This document shows positions 17,666-27,352 of a stretch of DNA of 64,000 nucleotides, one piece after another. Numbering within the stretch: position 1 is the stretch's first letter; every line of letters starts with the position of its first letter. The DNA is from Actinomycetota bacterium. GTDB taxonomy: Bacteria; Actinomycetota; UBA4738; HRBIN12. The notes under the pieces are model-generated. The model saw nothing but the letters and a program-made list of their open reading frames with translations. It ran no database searches and was not told where the DNA came from. Position numbers and translations under genes: made by a program. The stretch covers positions 20,237 to 84,236 of the forward strand of contig VAYU01000001.1 of assembly GCA_005884925.1 (NCBI GenBank). Direction: 5' to 3'.

Positions 17666-18274
17666 GTGATGGTGACCACACCGCTGCGGCCGCGGCCGAC
17701 GCTCCGTCGGCTCACGCCCGGTGACCGCGGATCCTTCCTCCAGGCCGTCGCACGGAGCCGTGCGCTGCATCATCCCTGGGCGTATCCGCCCGACACCCCC
17801 GACGCCTTCGACGCTTACATCAAGTTCCATCCCGCCCGTCATACGCTCGCCGTCGTCGTCGATCACGAGGAGCCGCTCGTCGGTGTCTATGCCCTCTCGC
17901 AGATCCATCACGGGTCGTTCCGCAACGCGTACCTCGGGTACTACGCGTTCGTCCCGCACGCCGGCAACGGCTACATGCGCGAAGCGATGACGCTCGTGTT
18001 CCGGTACGCCTTCGGCGAGCTCCGGCTCCATCGCCTCCAGGCCAACGTCCAGCCGGGCAATGAGAGGTCGCTCGAGCTGCTCCGCGCGACCGGTTGGCGC
18101 GAGGAGGGATACGCGCGCCGCTACCTCAAGATCGGAGGGCGCTGGCGCGACCACGTGCTGTTCGCGATCCTCGCGGAGGACGTGCACGCCTCCGTTCCCG
18201 GGCGGCGCCCGGTCTACGACCGACGCCGCCCGGGAACGAGACCTTCGGACGCTGCCCAGCCTCCGGACGGGTGA
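17666..18274 (+). CDS. GNAT family N-acetyltransferase (RimJ/RimL-like)
   Basis: 202-aa ORF with an acetyltransferase fold signature (HARWLGT-like core ...GNGYMREAMTLVFRYAFGELRLHRLQANVQPGNERSLELLRATGW). Confidence 0.6.
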   Translation: MMVTTPLRPRPTLRRLTPGDRGSFLQAVARSRALHHPWAYPPDTPDAFDAYIKFHPARHTLAVVVDHEEPLVGVYALSQIHHGSFRNAYLGYYAFVPHAGNGYMREAMTLVFRYAFGELRLHRLQANVQPGNERSLELLRATGWREEGYARRYLKIGGRWRDHVLFAILAEDVHASVPGRRPVYDRRRPGTRPSDAAQPPDG

Positions 18275-18308
18275 CTACCATCAGCCCAGGGGGAGGGACG
18301 AGATCGCG

Positions 18309-18701
18309 ATGGAACCGGATGACCGACGCGTGGGGAGCGAAGAGCTGCTTCCGCTGGCCTCGATCCGGGACCCCATCACGGCACCCGACGCGCTCGCCGA
18401 GGGTCCGGTCCGGTTCCTGCTCGTCTCCGGCGACCTCGACGACGGCCGTTGGGGTTTGATCGGGGCGTTCTGGCTTTCGATCGACGGGTCGCGGGGCGGG
18501 TTCGTGGTCGCCCCGCAGGCCATCTGGCAAGGTTCAGAGATGGCACGGAGCTTCCGCGGGGCGTTGTCCCGTCACTGGCACGCCGAGGACGTCTACCGGT
18601 ACTGGCAGCGCCAGGTCGGCGCGGCGGGATCGATCATGATCGACCCCCAGCAGCATGCCGACACGTTGTTCCAGGTCGCGCGTCGCGTCGGCGCCCTGTA
18701 G
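18309..18701 (+). CDS. Hypothetical protein
   Basis: Internal start MEPDDRRVG within ORF 18060..18701. Composition is non-GC-biased (W, Y, F, I), unlike the neighbouring spurious ORFs. It abuts the convergent ftsK stop with zero spacing. Confidence 0.4.
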   Translation: MEPDDRRVGSEELLPLASIRDPITAPDALAEGPVRFLLVSGDLDDGRWGLIGAFWLSIDGSRGGFVVAPQAIWQGSEMARSFRGALSRHWHAEDVYRYWQRQVGAAGSIMIDPQQHADTLFQVARRVGAL

Positions 18702-21002
18702 TCAGGCGCTCGCGCGCTCTTCCCATTCTTCCCAGGTCACCAGGACGTCGCGCGCTTTCGAGCCTTGGCCGGGCCCGACGATCCCCTGATCCTCCATCAG
18801 GTCCATGAGGCGGCCCGCGCGCGCGAACCCCACCTTCAGCTTGCGTTGGAGCATCGACGTCGAGCCGAGCTGCGAGCGGATCACCAACTCGGCCGCCTGC
18901 TCCAAGAGGTCGTCGTCCGAACCGAGCCCGCGGTCCTCGCCGGACGTCTCCACCGGAGGCAGCCCGAGCCCCTCGACCGTTCGTTCGTACACCGCTTCCC
19001 GCTGGGCTCGGATGTAGTCGGCGACGTCGCGGATCTCCTGTTCGGTCACCCAGGCGCCCTGGAGCCGGACCGGCTTCGAGATGCTCGAGGGGGCGAAGAG
19101 CATGTCGCCGTGACCGACGAGCTTCTCGGCGCCGTTCATGTCCAAGATCACGCGGCTGTCCGCCTGCGAAGACGTCATCAATGCGATCCGGCTGGGGATG
19201 TTCGCCTTGATCAGGCCGGTCACGACGTCGACCGAGGGACGCTGCGTCGCGACCACCAGATGGATGCCCACCGCACGCGCCATCTGCGCGATCCGACAGA
19301 TCGCGTCCTCGACGTCGCGCGGCGCCACCATCATGAGATCGGCGAGCTCGTCGATCACGACCACGATGAACGGGAGATGGCCGAACCGATGCTCGAGACC
19401 GAGGGGCACGCGAAGGGTGCCGGCCCGCAATCCTTCTTCGTATCCGTCGATGTCGCGCACGGCCGCCGTGGCGAGCAGCTCATAGCGCTGCTCCATCTCG
19501 CGCACGATCCACCCGAGCGCCTCCGCGGCTCGCTTGGGATGAACGATCACCGGCGAGAGCAGGTGGGGCACGTCGGCGAAGTGACCGAGCTCGACGCGCT
19601 TGGGATCGACCAGCACGAGTCGGACGTCCTCCGGCGTGGTTCGGGCGAGGAGCGATGTGATGAACGAATTGACGAGGCTGGACTTACCCGCACCGGTCGC
19701 CCCGGCGATCAGCAGATGCGGCATGGTCGCCAGGTTGACCAACCGTGCCCGGCCGTGGATATCCTTGCCCAGCGCGACCTCGAGAGGATGCGTCGCATCC
19801 TTCGCCGCTTTCGACCGCAAGATGTCCCCGAGCATCACGAAATCTCGATGCTTGTTGGGAACCTCGATCCCGATCGCGGACTTGCCGGGGATGGGCGCCT
19901 GGATGCGCACGTCGGGGGTCGCGAGTGCGTACGCGATGTCGCTCGCCAATTGGAGGACCTTGTTCACCTTGGTGCCCGACGCGACCTCGACCTCGTACAT
20001 CGTGACGGTGGGCCCTCGGTGAGCGGCCGACACCCGAGCGTCGACGCCGAAGGTCTGCAGCGTGCGCTCCAGCGCGCTTTGCATGTCCTGCTCGTCGCGG
20101 GAATCGGCGTTCGACGGCGGCGCGCTCCGGAGCAGGTCGAGCGGCGGCAGCTGGTACGGACCGGTCGTCGTTTCGATCGTGCGGGTCCGACGCTCCGGCC
20201 GGGACGCCACGAGGGCTTCGGCCGGTTCGTCATCCTGATCCGGATCCGCAACGATCACGACGGCCTCGTCGTCCGGATCGAGCTCGAGGAGCCCGAACGC
20301 CTCCCGGAGCTTGGCGGCGCGGTGACGCTTGGGTTTCGGCTCTTCGTGCGGCACCGGTCGGACGGGCTCGGCTTCCTCCTCGATGTCGGCCGCGGTGAAG
20401 AAATCGCGGAGGCTGGCCGACGCGACCGCGATCGGCGTCCCGGTGAAGATCAGGAGTCCCACCGCGCCCATCCCGAGGCAAACGATGAAGGCGCCGAAGG
20501 AGGAGATCACGATCGTGAGCGGACGTGCCACGACCGCGCCGAGCACGCCACCGGCCGCGGAGACGGCGTCGTACCCGTCGCGCGGCCCTGGTTTCCCACC
20601 CAGCAGCGAGACGATGCCGAGCACACCGAGTCCCAGCACGGAGAAGCCGATGAACATCCTGACCCGGTCCTCCCGCGCCGTGTCCCGCAGGAGCATGATC
20701 CCCCAGTAGACGGCGACGACGGGGAACGCGACGGCGACGACGCCGAGCGAGGCGCGCAGCATCCACGTCAAGAGATCCCCGACCGGGCCGGCGGCGTCGA
20801 ACCAGACACCGAGCACCGCGAGGAGCGCGACGACGACCAGGACGATCCCGGAAGCGTCGCGAACGTGTGGGGAGAGGATCTGTCGTACGGACGTCTTGGG
20901 CGCCTTGGTCGGCGCCTTCCTCCTATGCCGCGAGCGGCGCGTGGCCGTGCTCCTCGAGCGACGCGACGACGACCGCCGCGCCGGGGAAGTCTTCGTTGCC
21001 AC
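18702..21002 (-). CDS. ftsK: DNA translocase FtsK
   Basis: N-terminal TM helices, a linker, the ATPase (GATGAGKS, VIDELADLMM) and the gamma domain; 766 aa. Confidence 0.9.
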   Translation of the reverse strand: MATKTSPARRSSSRRSRSTATRRSRHRRKAPTKAPKTSVRQILSPHVRDASGIVLVVVALLAVLGVWFDAAGPVGDLLTWMLRASLGVVAVAFPVVAVYWGIMLLRDTAREDRVRMFIGFSVLGLGVLGIVSLLGGKPGPRDGYDAVSAAGGVLGAVVARPLTIVISSFGAFIVCLGMGAVGLLIFTGTPIAVASASLRDFFTAADIEEEAEPVRPVPHEEPKPKRHRAAKLREAFGLLELDPDDEAVVIVADPDQDDEPAEALVASRPERRTRTIETTTGPYQLPPLDLLRSAPPSNADSRDEQDMQSALERTLQTFGVDARVSAAHRGPTVTMYEVEVASGTKVNKVLQLASDIAYALATPDVRIQAPIPGKSAIGIEVPNKHRDFVMLGDILRSKAAKDATHPLEVALGKDIHGRARLVNLATMPHLLIAGATGAGKSSLVNSFITSLLARTTPEDVRLVLVDPKRVELGHFADVPHLLSPVIVHPKRAAEALGWIVREMEQRYELLATAAVRDIDGYEEGLRAGTLRVPLGLEHRFGHLPFIVVVIDELADLMMVAPRDVEDAICRIAQMARAVGIHLVVATQRPSVDVVTGLIKANIPSRIALMTSSQADSRVILDMNGAEKLVGHGDMLFAPSSISKPVRLQGAWVTEQEIRDVADYIRAQREAVYERTVEGLGLPPVETSGEDRGLGSDDDLLEQAAELVIRSQLGSTSMLQRKLKVGFARAGRLMDLMEDQGIVGPGQGSKARDVLVTWEEWEERASA

Positions 21003-22664
21003 CTACACCTCCATGATCACCGGCAGGATCACGGGCTTCCGCTGCGTGACGTCGAAGAAGTAGCGCTTGAGCACCCTTCGAACGTTCTGTTGCAACGCAG
21101 ATGGGTCCGTGACGTGGGCCTCCGCGCTCTCTTCCATGGCAAGCATGACGCGTTTGCGAGCCTCTTCAAGGATGTCGGCCGAGGTCCCGTCGTGGACGAA
21201 TCCGCGGTTGACGACGTCGGGTCCGCTCACGACCTCTCCGGTCTGCATGTTGACGCCGACCACGACGACGACGACGCCGTCGCCGGCGAGCTTCCTCCTA
21301 TCGCGGAGGACCTCGCCGCCGACGTCTCCGATCCCGAGGCCGTCCACGAAGGTCATCCCGGCTCGGACGCGATCGACCTTCGTGACCGCGGGCCCGACGT
21401 CGATCACGTCGCCGTCCTCGCAGATCAGGATCCGCTCGTGCGGGATCCCGATCTCCTCCGCCAGGCGGGCGTGATGCTGCAGGTGCCTTCGCTCGCCGTG
21501 CACGGGGATGAACCAGCTGGGCTTGACGAGCGAGAGCAGGAGTCGGAGCTCTTCCTGCGCGGCGTGACCCGACGCGTGCACCGGGTCGGCCGGCATGTGA
21601 TACACGTCCGCGCCGCTCCGGTAGAGCGAGTCGACGACGCGGTGGATCGCCGGCTCGTTGCCCGGGATAAGGCTGGAAGAGAGCACGACGGTGTCCCCCT
21701 CGCTGAGCTTGACCCACTTGTGCTCGCGCGCGGCCATCAGGCTCAGCGCGCTGTAGGGCTCGCCCTGCGAACCCGTGCACGCGATCACCACCCGACCCGG
21801 GTCGAGGCTGTCCACCTCTTCGATGTCGATCACGTCTTGGTCGTGCACCCGCAGGATCCCGAGCTCGCGTGCGGCGCGGACCGAGTTCTGCATCGATCGC
21901 CCAAGGAAGCAGACGACCCGCTGGTCCGCGAGCGCGGCATCGATCACCTGCTGGATCCGGTGGATGTGGCTGGAGAAGCAGGCGACGACGACGATCTCGG
22001 GAGCTCGAGCGACGATGTCGCGAAGCACCGGGCCGACGCTGCGTTCGCTCGCGGTGTGTCCGGGGGTCTCCGCGTTGGTGGAGTCCGAAAGGAGCAGATG
22101 GACGCCGCGTCCCGATTCCTCCGCGATGCCGTGCAGATCGGTGGGTTGGCCGTCGATCGGTGTCTGGTCGAGTTTGAAGTCTCCCGTGTGCAGCACCGAA
22201 CCGTGTGGCGTGTCGACCGCGACGGCCATCCCGTCGGGGATCGAATGCGTCACGTGGAAGAAACGCATCCGGAACGGGCCGGCCTGGGCTCCGCCGCCGG
22301 GGACGGCCACGTTCGGCTCCACGAGATCGGTCACCTCGTGCTCCTCCAGCTTGCCCTTCAGGAGTTCGAGCGTGAACGCGGTCCCGTAGATCGGGACCCG
22401 GCGACCGAGGTCTCGCAAGAGGTACGGGAGCGCCCCCACATGATCCTCGTGCCCATGGGTGAGCACGATGGCCTCGACGTCATCCGCCCGATCACGCACA
22501 TACTCCATGTCGGGCAGGACGAGGTCGATCCCCGGCATGTCCGCCGATGGGAACGACAGGCCGACATCCAGGACCAGGAGCCTGCCGTCAAGCTCGAGAG
22601 CGGCCATGTTCCGACCGACCTCGCCGATACCTCCGAGGAAGACGAGCCGGCAGCTGTCAGGCAA
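21003..22664 (-). CDS. rnj: Ribonuclease J
   Basis: Metallo-beta-lactamase HxHxDH (THGHEDH) plus beta-CASP and C-terminal domains; 553 aa. Confidence 0.9.
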   Translation of the reverse strand: MPDSCRLVFLGGIGEVGRNMAALELDGRLLVLDVGLSFPSADMPGIDLVLPDMEYVRDRADDVEAIVLTHGHEDHVGALPYLLRDLGRRVPIYGTAFTLELLKGKLEEHEVTDLVEPNVAVPGGGAQAGPFRMRFFHVTHSIPDGMAVAVDTPHGSVLHTGDFKLDQTPIDGQPTDLHGIAEESGRGVHLLLSDSTNAETPGHTASERSVGPVLRDIVARAPEIVVVACFSSHIHRIQQVIDAALADQRVVCFLGRSMQNSVRAARELGILRVHDQDVIDIEEVDSLDPGRVVIACTGSQGEPYSALSLMAAREHKWVKLSEGDTVVLSSSLIPGNEPAIHRVVDSLYRSGADVYHMPADPVHASGHAAQEELRLLLSLVKPSWFIPVHGERRHLQHHARLAEEIGIPHERILICEDGDVIDVGPAVTKVDRVRAGMTFVDGLGIGDVGGEVLRDRRKLAGDGVVVVVVGVNMQTGEVVSGPDVVNRGFVHDGTSADILEEARKRVMLAMEESAEAHVTDPSALQQNVRRVLKRYFFDVTQRKPVILPVIMEV

Positions 22665-23544
22665 GGAGACCGGCGTCCTCCAGCGCCTTGCGGACGCGAG
22701 CCCGTTCGTCGCTCGTCGCCGGGACCAACGGCAGCCGAGGCTCGCCGCAAGGGCGGCCGACCATCTGGAGCGCCGCTTTGAGCGGGATCGGGTTGGACGT
22801 CACGAAGAGCGCGTTGAACAGGGGCGACAGCGTCTCGTGGATCTTCCGGGCCGCCGGCACGTCGCCCGTCTCGATGAGCTCGATCATCTGCCGGATCTGC
22901 GGCCCGACCAGGTGGCTCGCCACGCTCACGACCCCGACCGCGCCAAGGCACACGTATCCGAACGTCGCCCAGTCGTCGCCCGAGTAGACCTCGAAGCCAT
23001 CCGGTGCTTCCGCGATCAGTCGGGAGATGCCCTGGAAGTCGCCGGTCGAGTCTTTGACGGCGACGATGTTCGGGCGCTCGGCGAGCCGCAACAACGTGTC
23101 ATGCTCGATGCGCGTCGCCGTGCGGCCGGGGATGTTGTAGGCGATGATCGGAAGCTCCGTCGCGTCGGCGACGTGCTGGAAGTGTGCGATCAAGCCACGT
23201 TGCGGCGGCTTGTTGTAATAGGGAGTCACGACGAGGATCGCATCGGCGCCCGCGTCTTCAGCCGCCTGCGTGAGCGCGAGGGTCTCGGCCGTGGAGTACG
23301 TGCCCGTGCCACAGATCAGCTTGCCCGTGCCGCGGATCGCGTCGCCCACGGCGCGGAAGAGATCCGATTTCTCCTTGTGCGTGACCGTCGGCGATTCGCC
23401 CGTGGAACCGGCGACGACGACGGAATCGGAACCGTTCCCGACGAGCCAGGACGCGAGCTCCTGGGCACGGTCGAGGTCGAGCGCATGATCTTCGCGGAAC
23501 GGCGTCACCATCGCGGTGACGACGGAGCCGAACCTGCCGACCAT
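22657..23544 (-). CDS. dapA: 4-hydroxy-tetrahydrodipicolinate synthase DapA
   Basis: GSVVTAMVTPF...VAGSTGE...YNIPGRT; 295 aa. Confidence 0.9.
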   Translation of the reverse strand: MVGRFGSVVTAMVTPFREDHALDLDRAQELASWLVGNGSDSVVVAGSTGESPTVTHKEKSDLFRAVGDAIRGTGKLICGTGTYSTAETLALTQAAEDAGADAILVVTPYYNKPPQRGLIAHFQHVADATELPIIAYNIPGRTATRIEHDTLLRLAERPNIVAVKDSTGDFQGISRLIAEAPDGFEVYSGDDWATFGYVCLGAVGVVSVASHLVGPQIRQMIELIETGDVPAARKIHETLSPLFNALFVTSNPIPLKAALQMVGRPCGEPRLPLVPATSDERARVRKALEDAGLLA

Positions 23545-23605
23545 GGGCGTCGCCTCCTTCGTGGCGCCACGGGGACGGCGCCGGACCCGCCTATGCTAGC
23601 CGCCG

Positions 23606-24151
23606 ATGCCTCGCATCTACACGAAGACGGGGGACGACGGCACCACGGGGCTCCTGTACGGGGGGCGGGTTCCGAAGTCCGACCTGGTAACGGAGGCGTA
23701 CGGCACAACCGATGAAGCCGTCGCGATGCTGGGTCTCGCGAGGGCGCTCTGCGACGACGAGGCACTCGCCGCCGACCTGCTCACCCTCCAGCGCGAGTTG
23801 TTCGTGGTCGGCGCCGACCTGGCCTGCAATCCGAAGAAGCGGAAGAAGCTCGAGCCCGACGTCTCGTTGGTGTCCCCGAAGATGGTGGCGCGGCTGGAGC
23901 GGAGGATCGACGATGTCGTCAACGAGCGGCCCCTTCCCGAGACGTTCATCGTGCCCGGTGCGAACCCCGCCTCCGCGGCGTTGGACGTCGCACGCGCGGT
24001 GGTGCGGCGCGCCGAGCGGCAGGCCGTCGAGCTCGAAGCGGCCCAACGGATGGTCAACCCCGACGTCCGGCGGTACCTCAACCGGTTGAGCGATCTGCTG
24101 TTCGTGCTCGCGCGGTGGCAGGCAGGCGAGAGCGAGCCGGCCAGCAGATAG
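23606..24151 (+). CDS. Cob(I)yrinic acid a,c-diamide (cobalamin) adenosyltransferase, PduO type
   Basis: MPRIYTKTGDDGTTGL...TDEAVAMLGLARA...; 181 aa. Confidence 0.8.
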   Translation: MPRIYTKTGDDGTTGLLYGGRVPKSDLVTEAYGTTDEAVAMLGLARALCDDEALAADLLTLQRELFVVGADLACNPKKRKKLEPDVSLVSPKMVARLERRIDDVVNERPLPETFIVPGANPASAALDVARAVVRRAERQAVELEAAQRMVNPDVRRYLNRLSDLLFVLARWQAGESEPASR

Positions 24152-24184
24152 ACGGGTCACGACGCCGTTCGAGATGCTCAGGGC

Positions 24185-24661
24185 ATGAAGCAGCTCGAGC
24201 TTCGTCGCCACGCGCCGCGCGATCCCGCCGCAGATCGATTGTCGGAAGCCGGGCGAGCTCGCGCGATGGAGGTCGGCCGGGCGCATCAGGACGTCGCGTA
24301 CGTGGCCGTGTTCGTCTCACCGGCCGAACGTGCGGCGGAGACCGTGGCGTGGTTCCTTCGGGGAGCCGGGCAGCAGCTCCCCCAAGAGCACTCCGTCGTT
24401 CCTGGACTCGCGGGGAAGGATCAGACCGAAGGTTCCCCCGAGGGCATGGCGATCGGGATCCGCTCGTTGCTCGAGCAGCTCCCGGAGGGTGGACGCGGGC
24501 TCGCGATCAGCCACACCCCGTTCGTCGAGCGAGCGGCGCTCGGCCTGACCGGTCACGAGGTGGAACCGATGCGCGAGTGCGAGGGGCTGCTCATCACGCT
24601 GCGCGACGACGGTGACATCGAGATCGAGGAGCTGCGGCTGCCGGGATCCACGGCCGGATGA
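24185..24661 (+). CDS. Histidine-phosphatase-superfamily protein (SixA-like), putative
   Basis: An RHA/RHG-like motif near the N-terminus and an ISHTPF motif; 158 aa. Its stop overlaps the following start (ATGA). Confidence 0.45.
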   Translation: MKQLELRRHAPRDPAADRLSEAGRARAMEVGRAHQDVAYVAVFVSPAERAAETVAWFLRGAGQQLPQEHSVVPGLAGKDQTEGSPEGMAIGIRSLLEQLPEGGRGLAISHTPFVERAALGLTGHEVEPMRECEGLLITLRDDGDIEIEELRLPGSTAG

Positions 24662-25309
24662 GCATCGCGAGTGGCGCGATCGGGGCGGCGTTCGCGCTTG
24701 GCTTCGCGCTGGGCGCAGCCCCCGGGCCGGTGCAACTGTTGATCCTCTCGGAGACGGCGAAGCGCGGGCTCGAGGGCGGTCTGCGCGTGATGCTCGGCGG
24801 GAACCTGACCCTGTTCTGCATCCTGGTCGTCCTCGCGCTGGGGTTCGCGTCCCTCGACCCCGGGCCCGGCGTGATCAGGACGCTGCAGGTGGTGGGTGGC
24901 CTCTTTCCTCGTGTGGATCGGCGGGGCCGAGCTCCGATCGATCCGTCTCGAGGCCCGGCCCTCGGTGGGCGATCCGTCGCCGAGCGCCGGCGGGCGCCTC
25001 GGACCGACCGCGAAAGGCATCGCGTCGGTGCTGCTCAATCCCGGCGCATGGGTCTTCTTCGCGGCGACCGCTTCGGCAGTGATGGCGAAGGCGACCTCCG
25101 ACGGCGGCACGGGCGCGGCGCTCGCGGCCGCGCTCGCGATGGCCGTCGGCGTCAGCTGCTCGGATCTGGCCTTCACCGTCCTCGGGAGCGGTGGACGACG
25201 GTTGTTCGGCGACGGAGGGTTGCTCTGGATCCGGACGGGACTCGCCGTGCTCCTCGTCGTGATCGGCGCCGCGTTCGTGGTCCAGGGGATCGGCGGTCGA
25301 TCGCCGTGA
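24658..25309 (+). pseudogene. LysE/RhtB-family amino-acid exporter, interrupted by an apparent 1-nt insertion in a T-run near 24903-24908
   Basis: The N-terminus (MSIASGAIGAAFALGFALGAAPGPVQLLIL...QVVGGLF) is in frame 1 (ORF 24658..). The rest (LVWIGGAEL...LLNPGAWVFFAATA...) is in frame 2 (ORF 24896..25309). The junction is ctctttcctc. Confidence 0.65.
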
Positions 25310-25317
25310 GTCGGATC

Positions 25318-26082
25318 TCAGCCGTGCGCGAGCAGGGCGTCGAGCCCGACGGTGAGCCCGGGCCGGTTGGCGACCGTGCGGATCGCCAACAGGACCCCCG
25401 GGATGAACGCGCTCCGGTCGATCGTGTCGTGGCGGAGGATCAGGGTCTGGCCCGGGCCTCCGAAGATCACCTCCTGGTGAGCGAGGAGGCCCGGGAGCCG
25501 GATGCCGTGGACGCGGATCCCGTCGACGTCGGCGCCGCGCGCGCCGGGATGCGCGCCGTCGCCGCCGGGCGCTTCCCACACGCCCGCCCGCGCGGCGCCG
25601 ATCCGTTGCGCCGTCGTGATGGCGGTACCGCTCGGCGCATCCACCTTCCGATCGTGATGCAGCTCGATCACCTCGGCCGCATCGAAATGACGAGCGGCCT
25701 CCTCCGCGAACCGCATCAGCAGCGCGGCGCCGATGGCGAAGTTCGGCGCGACGATGGCGTTGGCCTTGCCGGACCCGGTCAGTCGGCCGATCTCCGCGAG
25801 CCCGTCCTCGCCGATCCCGGTCGTGCCGATCACCATGTGCATCCCGCGTTCGAGACACCACCGCGCGTTCTCGATCACGGACCCCGGAGCCGTGAAGTCC
25901 ACGGCCACATCAACGCCTTCGAGCGCGTCCGTGGACCCCGCGACGACGAGGTCGCCGAGCTCCGTCCCTTCGTGATGAGGATCGACCGCCGCGATCAAGC
26001 GGAGGTCGTCGGCGACGTCCACCGCCCGACAGACCTCGCGGCCCATGCGGCCGGCGGCGCCCAGCACGCCGACGCTCGTCAC
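25318..26082 (-). CDS. dapB: 4-hydroxy-tetrahydrodipicolinate reductase DapB
   Basis: VTSVGVLGAAGRMGREV...; 254 aa from the GTG at 26082, which overlaps the M16 peptidase stop (GTGA). The ORF extends spuriously upstream. Confidence 0.85.
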   Translation of the reverse strand: MTSVGVLGAAGRMGREVCRAVDVADDLRLIAAVDPHHEGTELGDLVVAGSTDALEGVDVAVDFTAPGSVIENARWCLERGMHMVIGTTGIGEDGLAEIGRLTGSGKANAIVAPNFAIGAALLMRFAEEAARHFDAAEVIELHHDRKVDAPSGTAITTAQRIGAARAGVWEAPGGDGAHPGARGADVDGIRVHGIRLPGLLAHQEVIFGGPGQTLILRHDTIDRSAFIPGVLLAIRTVANRPGLTVGLDALLAHG

Positions 26083-27341
26083 ACGAGCGCCCCCGCGAAC
26101 GAGGAAGGCTTCACCGGCCCGAGGACCGTCAGCGTCATCGGTTGCGACAGTACCTGGTGGGCGATGCGGCGGGCATCCTCGAGGGACACCCGCTCGACGC
26201 GACGGAGGATCTCGTCCACCGTGAGGATCTCGCCGTTCGCGATCTCGGACTTCCCCAGCCGCGACATCCGGCCGCCGGGGTCTTCCAACGACAGGACGGT
26301 CGAGCCCTTCACGTGACCCTTGGCGCGTTCGAATTCCTCCGCGCTGAGCTCGCCGTCGCGGATCGCTTCGATCTGCGCCCGCATCAACGCGATGACCTCG
26401 CGAGCCTTGCCCGGCGTCGTGCCGGCGTAGGCCGAGAACAGACCGACCTCCGCGAACTGTGAGTGGAAGCTGTACGCCGTGTACGCGAGCCCCCGCTTCT
26501 CGCGGATCTCCTGGAAGAGCCGCGAAGACATCCCGCCCCCGAGCGCCGTGTTGACGATGAGGAACGCGAACCGTTCCGGATCCGATCGCGCCAACCCGTT
26601 CGTCCCGACCACGATGTGCGCCTGCTCCGTCTTCTTCCGTTGCACGTGCTGGTCCCCCGACGGCTTCGGGGCTCGGGGCGTGTCGCGCAACCGCCACATC
26701 GAGCGGCCCCGGGCCGAGAGCTCGCGACCGGCATCCATGCGCTGGGTGAGCATCCGAACCAGATCATCGTGGCGGACGTTGCCGGCCGCCGCGACCACGA
26801 GGCGGCCGGGGACGTAGTGACGGCGATAGAACCCGCGAACGGATCCGCGCGTCGCCGCGCGGATCCGTTCGCGGGTCCCGAGGATCGGCCGCCCGAGCGG
26901 GTGGCCTGGCCACAGGGTCCGCGTGAAGAGATCGTGGACCACGTCTTCCGGAGAGTCGTCGTGCATGTCGATCTCGGACAGGATCACCTGGCTCTCGGCC
27001 GTGAGATCCTCGGTCCGGATCGTCGAGTGCTGCAGCATGTCAGCGAGATGATCGACGGCCAGCTCCAGATCACGGTCGAGCACGCGCGCGTAGTAGCACG
27101 TGTACTCCTTCGCCGTGAACGCGTTGACATCCCCGCCGACCGCATCGAACGCCTCGGCGATGCCGAGGGCCGTGCGCGTCGCGGTCCCCTTGAACAACAG
27201 ATGCTCGAGGAAGTGGCAATGGCCGCTGATCGCGGGACGTTCGTCGAGCACCCAGAAACCGATCGAGACGGAGCGGATGCTTGGCATCCGCTCCGTCACG
27301 ACGCGCAGCCCCGAGCTGAACTCGGTGCGCGAGATCGGCAT
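26079..27341 (-). CDS. M16 family zinc peptidase (PepR-like; Rv2782c-type, adjacent to pnp)
   Basis: HxxEH inverted zinc motif (HCHFLEHLLFKGT); 420 aa from MPISRTEFSSGLRVVTE. The upstream part of ORF 26079..28274 is Arg-rich noise. Confidence 0.8.
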   Translation of the reverse strand: MPISRTEFSSGLRVVTERMPSIRSVSIGFWVLDERPAISGHCHFLEHLLFKGTATRTALGIAEAFDAVGGDVNAFTAKEYTCYYARVLDRDLELAVDHLADMLQHSTIRTEDLTAESQVILSEIDMHDDSPEDVVHDLFTRTLWPGHPLGRPILGTRERIRAATRGSVRGFYRRHYVPGRLVVAAAGNVRHDDLVRMLTQRMDAGRELSARGRSMWRLRDTPRAPKPSGDQHVQRKKTEQAHIVVGTNGLARSDPERFAFLIVNTALGGGMSSRLFQEIREKRGLAYTAYSFHSQFAEVGLFSAYAGTTPGKAREVIALMRAQIEAIRDGELSAEEFERAKGHVKGSTVLSLEDPGGRMSRLGKSEIANGEILTVDEILRRVERVSLEDARRIAHQVLSQPMTLTVLGPVKPSSFAGALV

Positions 27342-27352
27342 GACTCGGGGGT

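Noticed and set aside
18765-22781. 1338-aa plus-strand ORF spanning ftsK and RNase J
   Set aside because: It is antisense to two unmistakable genes. Its composition is dominated by R, D, G and E, typical of 70% GC noise.
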